This document shows, in pieces, positions 1-9,941 of a stretch of 52,097 nucleotides of DNA. The notes beneath the pieces are model-generated. The model was not told the origin of the DNA. It worked only from the letters and a program-made list of their open reading frames with translations, and did not search any database. Positions within the stretch are counted from its first letter, which is position 1. Each line of letters starts with the position of its first letter. The DNA comes from Methanobacteriota archaeon (GTDB taxonomy: Archaea > Thermoplasmatota > Poseidoniia > Poseidoniales > Poseidoniaceae): contig PBMS01000014.1 in assembly GCA_002722695.1 (NCBI GenBank), positions 5,486-57,582 of the forward strand, written 5' to 3'. The position numbers and the translations under genes are program-made.

Positions 1-343
1 GTTCTTCACCGTGTGGACGGCGTCAAACGCTGTTTTTGCAGCCCTGGCTTGTCTTCTCGCCAGAGGTCATCCGCTCGCAGTGCTGACCGCTGCCTTGGCC
101 TCACCCATTACGTCCCTGAACCCGGCGTTGGCTGCGGGCTGGTTTGCAGGTTATGTCCAACTCAGACTGGCTGAGCCAACCGCCGAAGACCTGCAAAGTT
201 TCCTGAAACTTGAGGAAATTTCCACGATGTGGTCCAACCCAGCAGGAAAGGTGCTCTTTGTGACGGCACTGACCAACGTGGGTTCCATGGTTGGTGCGTG
301 GGCCACGCCGTTCATTTTACTCAACGTTCTCGGGTTGAGTTGA
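1..343 (+). CDS. TraB/GumN (pheromone-shutdown) family membrane protein, C-terminal part (5' truncated by window)
   Basis: ARGHPLAVLTAALASPITSLNPALAAGWFAGYVQ...P..EDL...N...KVLFV..LTNVGS..G matches the TraB-family C-terminal membrane region. Confidence 0.8.
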   Translation, partial: FFTVWTASNAVFAALACLLARGHPLAVLTAALASPITSLNPALAAGWFAGYVQLRLAEPTAEDLQSFLKLEEISTMWSNPAGKVLFVTALTNVGSMVGAWATPFILLNVLGLS

Positions 344-1192
344 TGAAACGCTCATGGCGTTGAACAGGTCAACGTGCGCTTGCACGTCGTGGACTCGAAG
401 AAGGTCGATGTGCATCCTGTGGGCAACGGCCGCCAAGCCGAGGGTCCCAGGAAGTCGGTCTGCAGGGTCTGCATGACCTGTTAGGTGGCCCACAACGCTC
501 TTTCTGGAAACGCCCCACAGCACTGGGCCATCGCTCTGCAGGAGACGACGTCCAGCGGCGAGCAACTCAAGGTTGTGCTCGTGCGTCTTGCCAAACCCGA
601 TTCCCGGGTCGATGACGATGAGTTCGGGAGGGTGACCTTGCTCGATGAGCTTCTGTTTGGTTTTAGAGAGAATGGCCGCCACCTCGTCCACCACGTCGGA
701 GTACTGCGGTTCCAGCTGCATTGTTTTGGGTTCGCCCTGCATGTGCATGATGCACACAGCGCAACCTGTGCGCAGCACGAGTTCCATCATCGCAGGGTCG
801 CGCAACCCCGATACATCGTTCACCATGTCGGCACCCGCCTCAATGGCAGCCTCAGCCACTTGGGCGTGTCGTGTGTCGATGGAGATCAAGGCGTCCGGTC
901 GCGCATCACGCAGGCCTTGAATCACGGGCAGCACTCGCCTCAACTCGGTTTCAACGCTGACCGGGGCTGCCCCAGGGCGCGTCGATTCTCCACCGATGTC
1001 CACCCAACTCGCACCCGCATCAACCATCGCGGCACCGCGCTGAGTGGCTTCCTCGTCCATCGATCTGCTGCCTGCGTAGAACGAATCGTCGGTTGTGTTG
1101 AGAATCCCCATGATTCTGGGGCGAGATGCGTACCGAAGTTGACCAATTATGCGGCTTCGGCGGTCCGTGGACGGGCGAAAGTCCGAGGCCAT
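317..1192 (-). CDS. folP: Dihydropteroate synthase
   Basis: IMGILNTTDDSFY, DIGGESTRPGA, ISIDT, NDVSG, IMHMQGEP, DPGIGFGK, GVSRKS, LRVHDV motifs. Confidence 0.95.
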   Translation of the reverse strand: MASDFRPSTDRRSRIIGQLRYASRPRIMGILNTTDDSFYAGSRSMDEEATQRGAAMVDAGASWVDIGGESTRPGAAPVSVETELRRVLPVIQGLRDARPDALISIDTRHAQVAEAAIEAGADMVNDVSGLRDPAMMELVLRTGCAVCIMHMQGEPKTMQLEPQYSDVVDEVAAILSKTKQKLIEQGHPPELIVIDPGIGFGKTHEHNLELLAAGRRLLQSDGPVLWGVSRKSVVGHLTGHADPADRLPGTLGLAAVAHRMHIDLLRVHDVQAHVDLFNAMSVSSTQPENVE

Positions 1193-1213
1193 GAACCACC
1201 CGAGTTCGGCAGG

Positions 1214-1222
1214 TTTGATAAG
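1214..1222. promoter_or_regulatory. Candidate shared (bidirectional) TATA-like box TTTGATAAG
   Basis: AT-rich patch centred in the 52-bp gap between divergent ATGs at 1192 (-) and 1245 (+), 22-31 nt from each start. Confidence 0.5.
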
Positions 1223-1244
1223 TTGTTACGAGGAAGGGGTGTCC

Positions 1245-1889
1245 ATGTCCGAGGCAGGTGCATCCATTGTTGATGACCTCTCCACGGAGTCCCCGTTGAC
1301 TGAAGCAGAGAGTGAGCTTCCCCAAGACTGGGAGTTTGCTGAGCGAATCCTCAAACGATTAAAACCACGCAATCAGCAACACGTCTACGACATGGCTGCG
1401 AAGGACTCCAAGAACGGGGGGATGCTCATCACGCTCATGGTGGTGGTGTGGTGGTTGTTCATCGGGGGCAACAACGACGCGTTGGAAAACGGCGTTTCCG
1501 TGTTCTTTTCTCTGAACTTTGAAGAAGCAGCACTTGCGGTCATGGTTCTCTCCTTGTTTTCTGCACTGCTGACGGAATTCAGCCGAGACATGGGGAAGAT
1601 CTTACCTTCGACAGCCGCCGGGGGCATGCTGATTTTGGCAGGGCTGTACGTGGCCGAACCCTTTGTTGGTGCGCTGTTTGTGAGCAGTGTTGACCTCGAC
1701 GTTCAGACCGGTCTCTGGCGGTCGGCCCGGTTGGGCCTTCTCTGGGGGGGTACGACGTACGGGTCAAACCTCATCGTCAACGCTCTTCTGCTCAAGTGGT
1801 TGATTCGTTTCTTGGACTCCAACGAGTACGATTTTTCTTCTCGCAATGAACCTCAACACCGTCCGATGGTGGCCGAGGTCAACGATTGA
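1245..1889 (+). CDS. Hypothetical membrane protein (~4 TM helices, acidic N-terminus)
   Basis: Hydrophobic segments MLITLMVVVWWLFIGG, AALAVMVLSLFSALL, GGMLILAGLYVAEPFVGALF, LGLLWGG..LIVNALLLKWLI; start moved to ATG 1245 to avoid overlap with folP. Confidence 0.75.
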   Translation: MSEAGASIVDDLSTESPLTEAESELPQDWEFAERILKRLKPRNQQHVYDMAAKDSKNGGMLITLMVVVWWLFIGGNNDALENGVSVFFSLNFEEAALAVMVLSLFSALLTEFSRDMGKILPSTAAGGMLILAGLYVAEPFVGALFVSSVDLDVQTGLWRSARLGLLWGGTTYGSNLIVNALLLKWLIRFLDSNEYDFSSRNEPQHRPMVAEVND

Positions 1890-1926
1890 ACGCTATCCTC
1901 TTGAAGACGAGGTCGGTGGCCAACCC

Positions 1927-2502
1927 ATGAGCAGCGCACCGTTCAACGTGCTGAGGCTCGGTTATCGAAAAGGTCGAGACCCGCGCATCACCACGCACCT
2001 GGCCCTGGTTTCACGAGCCCTTGGCGCCACAAACTTTCTGCTGGCAGGTGACGAAGATCCCGAACTCTTTGCGAACGTGGCGTCGGTGAACGAACGTTTC
2101 GGTGGAGAGATGCGTTGCGAACACGTTTCGGGAGCCGTGGGTTGGCTCAAGCGTTTCACCCAAAACGATGCAGGGGACGGGGAACCGGGTGTCGCCATCC
2201 ATCTCACCATGTACGGTGAACCGTATCGCGAGGTCCTACCGAGGATTCGCCGGGACCGACCCGTTGTGGTGGTGGTTGGGGGCGCAAAGGTGCCCGGCGA
2301 CGTCTTCCAACACGCTCAATACAACGTCGCTGTGGGCAACCAGCCGCATTCGGAGGTCGCAGCGCTTGCCCTGTTCATGGAGGGCTGGTTCGGCCAAGGC
2401 GGTACCGAGCGCCATTTCCCCGGTGCGCGACTGGTCATCGAACCATCCGCACGTGGAAAGTCGGTGGTTGACAAGGACCGAGAAATGGAAGGTGACCAAT
2501 AA
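1927..2502 (+). CDS. trm56: tRNA (cytidine(56)-2'-O)-methyltransferase (archaeal SPOUT)
   Basis: VLRLGYR..RDPRITTHLALVSRALGA, HLTMYG, VVVGGAKVP, YNVAVGNQPHSEVAALALF, IEPSARGK. Confidence 0.93.
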   Translation: MSSAPFNVLRLGYRKGRDPRITTHLALVSRALGATNFLLAGDEDPELFANVASVNERFGGEMRCEHVSGAVGWLKRFTQNDAGDGEPGVAIHLTMYGEPYREVLPRIRRDRPVVVVVGGAKVPGDVFQHAQYNVAVGNQPHSEVAALALFMEGWFGQGGTERHFPGARLVIEPSARGKSVVDKDREMEGDQ

Positions 2503-2615
2503 CCGACTCGGACGCCTGTGAAGTGGTTTCCACGAAAGTGTACGGTTTTACCTCCCCCCCGCCCCAAGGAAAGACGCACCCAAGCATTATGGGGGGTCTT
2601 TTCCGACAATATTCA

Positions 2616-3923
2616 ATGTTGGGGGGTGGCATCGCGAACACGCGCTCTCTCCCGGCCACGCATCGCCTTTACAATCCGTCCCCCCTGAACATCGAAGACG
2701 CCGCAGACGGACTGGCCGACAAGGCGGCTTTACCGCCCCCTGCTTCCGGAGCAGGCGTGCTTTTGACCGCTGACGGTGGTCGCTACCCGGGGGAATTGTT
2801 TGGGGCTCAGGCCATTGGTTCGGGCGAACTTGTCTTCACCACCGGTATGATGGGGTATCAAGAGTCGCTCACCGACCCGTCCTTTGCGGGTCAAGTCCTG
2901 ACTTTCACCTATCCACTCATCGGGAATTACGGCGTCCACATCGGCGCTTCTGAATCCGCCAACGTGTGGCCCAAGGGGGTCGTTGTTCGCCATGCGATGC
3001 ATCAACCCGACCATCGACATTCAGCCGGAACGGTGGATGAGTTCCTTCGACTTCACGGCGTTCCGGGCATTCACAAGATTGACACACGAGCCATCACCAA
3101 GCGGGTGCGCGAGCTCGGAACGGTGCTGTGCGTCTTTGGACCTGTCGAGCGAGAAGGCGACATGAAAAAGCAACTGAAAAACCTCACCTCTCCCGAACTC
3201 GAGGATTTGGTGGACGAGGTTTCCATCGACAAACCGATCGAGCTGAATCCGGGATCGCTGGACGAACTCGGAGCCCGTAAACCGCGGTTGGGCGTGCTCG
3301 ATTGCGGCGTGAAGTACAACATCCTGCGTCATCTTTGCATGGTTTTTGACGTGGTTTGGTGCCCGCCGGACATGGACTATGGACGTCTGGTAAAGGACCA
3401 CGCCATCGACGCATTGTTTTGCAGTAACGGTCCGGGCGACCCTGCGCACCCCGGCAAAGCCACCTCAGCCCGAAACACGCTCGCTCGCGCCGTGCAGGAC
3501 GGGCTTCCCGTGATGGGCATCTGCCTCGGCCATCAGCTGTTGGGGTTGGCCTCAGGGTTGCAAACCTACAAAATGCGCTACGGCCATCGAGGGGCGAATC
3601 AGCCCGTGGTGGACCTGCAACAGAAAACGGTGGCCATCACCAGTCAAAACCACGGCTTTGCCGTCGCTCATCCCAGCGACGGTATGTTGGCAGCACATCC
3701 AACGGGGGCTGCGTCGCCCCCCATGTCCAACCAGCACGGCTCGGAGGTGGAGGTCCGCTACGTGAACGCCAACGACGGGACCGTGGAGGGGTTGGACGTC
3801 ATCGGTAAACCGTGCTTTACCGTTCAATTTCACCCTGAAGCGTGCCCTGGCCCCCACGATGCGGCCCCACTTTTCCTTCGATTCCGAGCCATGGTGGACG
3901 CCCATTTGGGAGGCGAGAATTGA
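2616..3923 (+). CDS. carA: Carbamoyl-phosphate synthase small subunit (start uncertain: 2589, 2616 or 2757)
   Basis: GELVFTTGMMGYQESLTDPSFAGQ, YPLIGNYG, IDTRAITK, SNGPGDP, GICLGHQ, GHRGANQPV, QFHPEACPGPHD. Confidence 0.95.
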   Translation: MLGGGIANTRSLPATHRLYNPSPLNIEDAADGLADKAALPPPASGAGVLLTADGGRYPGELFGAQAIGSGELVFTTGMMGYQESLTDPSFAGQVLTFTYPLIGNYGVHIGASESANVWPKGVVVRHAMHQPDHRHSAGTVDEFLRLHGVPGIHKIDTRAITKRVRELGTVLCVFGPVEREGDMKKQLKNLTSPELEDLVDEVSIDKPIELNPGSLDELGARKPRLGVLDCGVKYNILRHLCMVFDVVWCPPDMDYGRLVKDHAIDALFCSNGPGDPAHPGKATSARNTLARAVQDGLPVMGICLGHQLLGLASGLQTYKMRYGHRGANQPVVDLQQKTVAITSQNHGFAVAHPSDGMLAAHPTGAASPPMSNQHGSEVEVRYVNANDGTVEGLDVIGKPCFTVQFHPEACPGPHDAAPLFLRFRAMVDAHLGGEN

Positions 3924-6900
3924 TGCCGCGTCGTGACGACCTCGAGAGCATCATGGTTCTTGGCAGCGGACCGATCAAGATCGGTCAGGCCGCAGAATTC
4001 GATTTTTCGGGTTCTCAAGCGGTCAGGGCGCTTCGCGAAGACGGCTACAAGGTCATTCTCGTCAATTCGAACCCGGCCACCATTCAGAACGACCCCGAGA
4101 TGGCCGATGTCGTCTACATCGAGCCGTTGTTGCCCGAAACCATTGCAAAAATCCTCGAAAAGGAGCGGCCGTGCGCATTGCTTGCCGGCATGGGCGGGCA
4201 AACCGCCCTCAACATCGCAAGCGAACTCTCGCACAACGGGACGCTGAAACGGCTCGAGGTGGAACTCATTGGGTCGGACCTGGACGCCATCGACAAGGCT
4301 GAGGACCGAGAATTGTTCAATCAGGTTTGCGAATCGATCAATCTGCCCATCAGTCAGGCCGTGGCGTGCAATTCAATCGATGAGGTCATTGCAGCCGCAG
4401 AACTGATCGGCAGCTGGCCCATTCTGATTCGACCTGCGTTCACCCTTGGAGGCCTTGGTGGGGGGACGGCCCGGGACATGGGAGAACTGGTTGAAATCTC
4501 GCAGTTGGGCCTTCGCAACTCTCGGATTTCTCAAGTGCTCATCGAAGAGTCCATTCTTGGTTGGCAAGAGCTTGAGTACGAGGTGATGCGAGACGAAGCC
4601 GACAACGCCACCATTGTTTGCACGATGGAAAACATCGACCCCATGGGCGTTCACACGGGCGAATCAACCGTCGTCGCTCCCCTCCAATCCTTCAGCGACG
4701 CCGACCATCAGCGTCTTCGCAACCAAGCCCTCGCGTTGATTCGTGCGTTGAACATCAAAGGCGGGTGCAACGTCCAGTTTGCATTCAATCAGTTCACCGG
4801 TGAGATACGGGTCATTGAAGTGAACCCTCGTGTGTCTCGCTCCAGCGCTCTCGCCTCAAAGGCGACGGGTTACCCCATCGCTCGCATGGCGGCAAAAATT
4901 GCCGTGGGTTACACCCTTGACGAACTGCCCAACCCAATCACCGGTGAAGGCACGACAGCAGCGTTTGAGCCCACCTTGGACTACTGCGTGGTCAAGATTC
5001 CACGATGGCCCTTTGACAAGTTCAGAACAGCCGATCGCACCTTGGGTACATCGATGAAATCAACCGGCGAGGTCATGGCCATTGGACGAAATTTCGAGGA
5101 AGCCTTCCTGAAGGCTTGGGCTTCGCTTGAGCAAGGGTGTGCGCACCCTCGTCCGCTGACTCGGGCCGATGAATCGGAAGGCGAGGGCATGTCTCAACGA
5201 GCGCACGAGGCCCTTCCCGACGCCGTCTTGGTCGATTGGTTGGCCATCGCAACCGATCGCCGAATGGGCGCTTTATTGGAGGCTTTTCGTCGGGAATGGA
5301 GCGTGGAAAAGGTCCATGAAATAACTCGAATCACCCGCTGGTTTCTCTACGGGTTTGAGCGATTGGCGCAGATGGAACGAAGCATTGTGCAGCGAGGCGT
5401 TTCCCCTGCTGAACTTACGGAAGAGGAGTTGCGATTGTGGAAGAGCCACGGGTTCAGTGACGCTCACATTGCCGACGCTCTTGCGGGTTTTCCCCCTGAG
5501 GGTCTCAAATCTCTGGCGCCGGGTCAAGACGAGCGCGCCGTCATGCAGCGTCGACACCATGTGGAATTGCACCCTGTGTATCGGATGGTGGACTCGTGTG
5601 CGGCTGAATTTGCGGCGAAAACACCCTACTACTATTCGACCTACGAACCCCATGGGGCTTCCGGTATCGACCGGCTACCGGACATGGACAAGCGAACCAA
5701 AGAACGGCTGGTCGCCATCGGTAGCGGGCCGATTCGCATTGGCCAAGGCATTGAGTTTGACTACGGTTGCGTTCACGCCGTGAAAGCCATCCGGGAATCC
5801 GGCAAAGACGCGATTCTCATCAACAACAACCCCGAAACCGTTTCCACCGACTTCGATACGTCCGATCGTTTGTATTTTGACCCGCTCACGCTCGAGTATG
5901 TAAGTGAAATTTTACTTCGAGAACAGGCCCACGGTATCCTGCTGCAATTCGGGGGACAAACCGCCATCAATCTCGCCCTACCCTTGGAGGCACGTCTTCC
6001 CGATTTGGCCTCCAGCGGGTTGGACTTGGCCATCATGGGAACCTCGTGCGACGCCATCGACGAGGCCAGCGATCGAGAGCGGTTCGAAGCCTTTGCACGA
6101 CGAGAAGGTCTGCGAATGCCTCGCGGTGCGACGGGGACCTCGGCCGATGATCTACGTGAAGCCGTCGAGACGATCGGGTACCCCGTCCTCATCCGTCCCT
6201 CCTACGTGCTGGGGGGGCGCGGCATGGAAATTCTGTCCAACCAACAACAACTGGACGGCTATCTTCGAGAGGCCTACCTCGCACCCGACAAGCCGCTGTT
6301 GGTGGATGAATACCTCGGGCACGCCACGGAAATTGACGTTGATGCTGCTTCCGACGGTGAGGAGGTGCTTGTCGGCGCTATCATGGAGCATTTGGAGGAA
6401 GCGGGCATCCACTCCGGTGATTCAACCTGCTTCATACCCGCACAGAACATTTCCACCGAAATGCTTGACCGCATTGCAGACCAGACCCGAACCATCGGTT
6501 TGGGTCTGAAGATTCAAGGCTGCTTTAACATCCAATTTGCTATCCAGGGCGATGATCTCTATGTTCTTGAGGTGAATCCACGTTCGTCTCGAACCGTACC
6601 CTTTGTGGCCAAGGCTTCTGGATTGCCCTTGGCTCGAATTGCTGCTCGCATCACGATTGGACAACCCCTCAAAGACCAACACATCCCGCGGAGAACATCC
6701 GGCCAGGTGTGCGTAAAGGCACCGGTTTTCCCGTTCATCAAACTACGAGGCTTGGACCCAGCCCCCGGCCCAGAGATGAAGTCGACGGGCGAGGTCTACG
6801 GCTCAGACGAGCGTGCCGATTTGGCCTATCTGAAAGCCCGCTTGGCCACAGAGGTTCCCGTGGCCACCGAAGGCGGCGCCTATCTGACGGTCCGAGACGA

Positions 6901-7267
6901 GGACAAGCCAAACCTCGTCCCGGTCGCAAAAGCACTCGTGAACCTTGGCTTCACCCTTTACGCAACGGGTGGAACCGCTGACGCCTTGAGGAGGCACGAC
7001 GTTCCCGTGGCCACGGTGTATCGAATCGCCGAGGGAAAACACCCTGATGCTCTTGACTTGATGCGCCAAGGCAAGGTCAGTTTCATCGTCAACGTGCCCA
7101 CCGTTTCGGGCGGTGCGGTTCGCGATGGTAACATGATGCGCCGCCTCGCTGTTGAACTCAACATACCGTTCGTTACCACCATGCGAGGGGCCGTCATGGA
7201 GGTGGCCGCCATGCGCGCACACATCGAGGAAGACCTCGAGCCTCGCAAGCTCACCGTGCACTACTGA
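3923..7267 (+). CDS. carB: Carbamoyl-phosphate synthase large subunit
   Basis: MPRRDD..SIMVLGSGPIKIGQAAEFDFSG, two ATP-grasp halves (EVNPRVSRSS, GSGPIRIGQGIEFDY), C-terminal MGS domain; TGATG coupling to carA. Confidence 0.97.
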   Translation: MPRRDDLESIMVLGSGPIKIGQAAEFDFSGSQAVRALREDGYKVILVNSNPATIQNDPEMADVVYIEPLLPETIAKILEKERPCALLAGMGGQTALNIASELSHNGTLKRLEVELIGSDLDAIDKAEDRELFNQVCESINLPISQAVACNSIDEVIAAAELIGSWPILIRPAFTLGGLGGGTARDMGELVEISQLGLRNSRISQVLIEESILGWQELEYEVMRDEADNATIVCTMENIDPMGVHTGESTVVAPLQSFSDADHQRLRNQALALIRALNIKGGCNVQFAFNQFTGEIRVIEVNPRVSRSSALASKATGYPIARMAAKIAVGYTLDELPNPITGEGTTAAFEPTLDYCVVKIPRWPFDKFRTADRTLGTSMKSTGEVMAIGRNFEEAFLKAWASLEQGCAHPRPLTRADESEGEGMSQRAHEALPDAVLVDWLAIATDRRMGALLEAFRREWSVEKVHEITRITRWFLYGFERLAQMERSIVQRGVSPAELTEEELRLWKSHGFSDAHIADALAGFPPEGLKSLAPGQDERAVMQRRHHVELHPVYRMVDSCAAEFAAKTPYYYSTYEPHGASGIDRLPDMDKRTKERLVAIGSGPIRIGQGIEFDYGCVHAVKAIRESGKDAILINNNPETVSTDFDTSDRLYFDPLTLEYVSEILLREQAHGILLQFGGQTAINLALPLEARLPDLASSGLDLAIMGTSCDAIDEASDRERFEAFARREGLRMPRGATGTSADDLREAVETIGYPVLIRPSYVLGGRGMEILSNQQQLDGYLREAYLAPDKPLLVDEYLGHATEIDVDAASDGEEVLVGAIMEHLEEAGIHSGDSTCFIPAQNISTEMLDRIADQTRTIGLGLKIQGCFNIQFAIQGDDLYVLEVNPRSSRTVPFVAKASGLPLARIAARITIGQPLKDQHIPRRTSGQVCVKAPVFPFIKLRGLDPAPGPEMKSTGEVYGSDERADLAYLKARLATEVPVATEGGAYLTVRDEDKPNLVPVAKALVNLGFTLYATGGTADALRRHDVPVATVYRIAEGKHPDALDLMRQGKVSFIVNVPTVSGGAVRDGNMMRRLAVELNIPFVTTMRGAVMEVAAMRAHIEEDLEPRKLTVHY

Positions 7268-7313
7268 GCGGAGAAAAGCATCCCTTTATCCCAGCCACGA
7301 GCGCCTCGGGGCC

Positions 7314-8996
7314 ATGGGCGAAGCAAGGATGCCGCTGTTGTCGAGCGCTCGTTCGCTTGGTTCGGGCGAAGGACATTTCTCAGCCCGACTTGAGGCGACG
7401 TCCTTCAGCGATGCCGACGCTTGGGTATGGCTTGCCTACGATCAACTGCATGCAAGCATGCTCTCGTCCCTCGCGCTCGATGGAACGGTGGGTGTCATCT
7501 TCATCGAGTCTTCTTTGAAAGCCAAGCGTCGTCCCTATCATCAACAAAAACTGGGCGTGCTGTTGTCCAATCAACGCCATTTCGCCCTTGAACTTCAGGA
7601 CGCAGGCGTCCCCGTGGTTTACCTCAGTTCCACCGAAGGCTACAGCGAGGTTCTGTCGGCGGTGTGCCAAGACATCGGTCCCGTCCACTGCATCAACGCA
7701 GCGGAAAGGGAACTCCGGGAAGAGGTTGCAGCGCTCGTCGACGACGGTCGACTCATCGTGCACGAGCACCCGGGCTGGTTGACGCCCCGTTCATGGTTTG
7801 TTTCAAGTGTTGGAGAGGAGCCTCCGTTTCGAATGGATGCTTTCTATAGAAAAGTGCGCCAAGAGACCGGGTGGATGATGGACGGTGGAAAACCCATCGG
7901 GGGCAAGTACAGCTACGACGCTGAAAACCGATTCCCGTGGAAAGGGGACCCGCCGGCTCCAGAACCGCCCACCTATCAAATCGATGACATCGACCGAGAA
8001 GTTGAGGCCATGGTGAGAACACACTACGGCCATCACCCCGGAGACGTTGACCTCTCAACTCAAGCAACCAGCAAGCACGATGCTGACGCTGCTCTCGACT
8101 TTGCCGTCGCGTGCTTACCCAATTTTGGAACTTACGAGGACGCCATGTCCGAGAAGAGTCGGGGCCTGTTTCACTCCCGTTTGGCCACGCTGGTGAATCT
8201 TCACCGCGTGATGCCCAGCCAGGTGATCGACGCAGCCCTGATCAGCAACGCTCCCATCAACAGCGTGGAAGGATTTGTCCGACAGATGATTTGGAGGGAA
8301 TACGTTCGCCACATTCACGAGGTCACGGACGGGTTTCGCACGCTGACGGTTGAACGTCAACCTTCCACCCGAGGAGCCCGTTGGCCCGGATTTGTTGCTG
8401 AAGACGATTCGCAGCATCCGAACCATCTGAACCAGTCCAACCCGCTTCCAATGGCGTATTGGGGCGAGACCAGCGGCCTCCGCTGCCTCGATGCGTCGGT
8501 GGAATCCGTCATGGAGGACGGATGGACGCATCACATCCCCCGTCTCATGGTTCTGAGCAACGTGGCCAACCTGTTGGACGTTGACCCGAGGGAGCTTACG
8601 GATTGGTTCCACGCCGGCTTTATCGACGCTTACGATTGGGTGGTTGAACCCAACGTCTTGGGCATGGGAACTTTCGCCCTGGGGACAGCCATGATGACCA
8701 AACCCTACGTAGCGGGCTCTGCCTACATCAATCGCATGAGTGATCATTGCAAGTCATGCAGTTTTCATCACAAGAAGACCTGTCCGATGACTCGACTCTA
8801 TTGGGCTTACTTGAACCGGCACGCACCGTCGTTTTCGGGAAACCACCGCATGGCCATTGCCATGAAAAACGTTGAACGACGAGCCGATGAAGAGAAGGAA
8901 AAAGACGCCGCCACCTACGAGCACGTGAAAGCCACGTTGTTGGCGGGCGGTGAGGTCCGACCACCCGGTGAGGGCGATTTGCGAAGCTGGTCATGA
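7314..8996 (+). CDS. FeS-type cryptochrome/(6-4) photolyase family protein (PhrB/CryB-like)
   Basis: YHQQKL, FRMDAFYR, GGKYSYDAENR, FGTYEDAM, EGFVRQMIWREY, HHIPRLMV, DAYDWVVEPNV.GM, TKPY, and 4Fe-4S cysteines (C..., DHCKSC, CP); CTTTATC box 25-30 nt upstream. Confidence 0.9.
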   Translation: MGEARMPLLSSARSLGSGEGHFSARLEATSFSDADAWVWLAYDQLHASMLSSLALDGTVGVIFIESSLKAKRRPYHQQKLGVLLSNQRHFALELQDAGVPVVYLSSTEGYSEVLSAVCQDIGPVHCINAAERELREEVAALVDDGRLIVHEHPGWLTPRSWFVSSVGEEPPFRMDAFYRKVRQETGWMMDGGKPIGGKYSYDAENRFPWKGDPPAPEPPTYQIDDIDREVEAMVRTHYGHHPGDVDLSTQATSKHDADAALDFAVACLPNFGTYEDAMSEKSRGLFHSRLATLVNLHRVMPSQVIDAALISNAPINSVEGFVRQMIWREYVRHIHEVTDGFRTLTVERQPSTRGARWPGFVAEDDSQHPNHLNQSNPLPMAYWGETSGLRCLDASVESVMEDGWTHHIPRLMVLSNVANLLDVDPRELTDWFHAGFIDAYDWVVEPNVLGMGTFALGTAMMTKPYVAGSAYINRMSDHCKSCSFHHKKTCPMTRLYWAYLNRHAPSFSGNHRMAIAMKNVERRADEEKEKDAATYEHVKATLLAGGEVRPPGEGDLRSWS

Positions 8997-9824
8997 ACCA
9001 CGACGAGCAGGTTGACACGTTGGACAGTAATCCAAACGACGTCCGCCGTAGCGGACACGAACAACGAGGTCGCCGCACGTAAGGCACGGGCGATCGTTGC
9101 GACAAAACACCGCATGGCGCCACATTCTTCGGGGTTCTCCTCGGGCCTTGCTCGCTTCGGCGGTGTCCAAATCGACCGTGATGCCGCCGTGTTCGTACGC
9201 TTGGACGGTGACGGATTTGATGCAGGACGCCCATCGTTCAAGAGTCGCTTCGTCCTGGTCGCACGGTCGGTCGTCGGGATGAACGCCAGCTAGGTGCAGG
9301 ATTTCGGAGCGCAGATAGTTGCCCAATCCGGCAAAACTTCGCTGGTCGAGCATCAACGTAGCCCCTTTTTTTCTCCAGATGCCCTTCGATTTGAGATGGT
9401 TCAACAAATCGTCCTTGGAGATGGATTCGTCGAGCACGTCAGGTCCCAGGCGAGCGAGAAAAGGATGGCCGTTTTCCTCGGGCGTCGGCAACAACACGAT
9501 GTCGGTGGCCGACCACAACCGAACAGCGTGTTTGTCGGTCATGAATTCAGCTCGCAGAGAACGGTTGGATCGCGGGTCGGTGGCTTTCAGATGAACGGTC
9601 CACCGTCCGTAGAGTTGGTTGTGGCTGTACATCGTGTAGCCGCTGCTGAATCGAATCAACATCGCTTTCGCTCGACTGGTCACACTCAGGACCTCGTGGC
9701 CGAGAATGAGGGATTCGGCTTGCTGAAGCGAAGGGAACGGCCAGTTCCCGCCCTCCACGACCTTTCCGACAAGGGCTTTGCCGATTCGGTCGGCTGCACG
9801 ACGTATCTCTGGACCTTCTGGCAC
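8991..9824 (-). CDS. nei: Fpg/Nei family DNA glycosylase (endonuclease VIII-like)
   Basis: N-terminal (M)PEGPE, SHNQLYGRW, LGPD, H2TH motif LDQ..FAGLGNYLRSEIL, C-terminal Zn finger CLTC...CPTCQ. Confidence 0.92.
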   Translation of the reverse strand: MPEGPEIRRAADRIGKALVGKVVEGGNWPFPSLQQAESLILGHEVLSVTSRAKAMLIRFSSGYTMYSHNQLYGRWTVHLKATDPRSNRSLRAEFMTDKHAVRLWSATDIVLLPTPEENGHPFLARLGPDVLDESISKDDLLNHLKSKGIWRKKGATLMLDQRSFAGLGNYLRSEILHLAGVHPDDRPCDQDEATLERWASCIKSVTVQAYEHGGITVDLDTAEASKARGEPRRMWRHAVFCRNDRPCLTCGDLVVRVRYGGRRLDYCPTCQPARRGS

Positions 9825-9941
9825 GATGCGGAACTCATTGCGATGCGTTATGAAAATCTGTTTGAGGCATCGTCTCCACCGAGGAGGAAATCGTCTCGCT
9901 GCTCAGCACGGCGCTCGGCCCGGCCTCGCATCAAACTTCAC

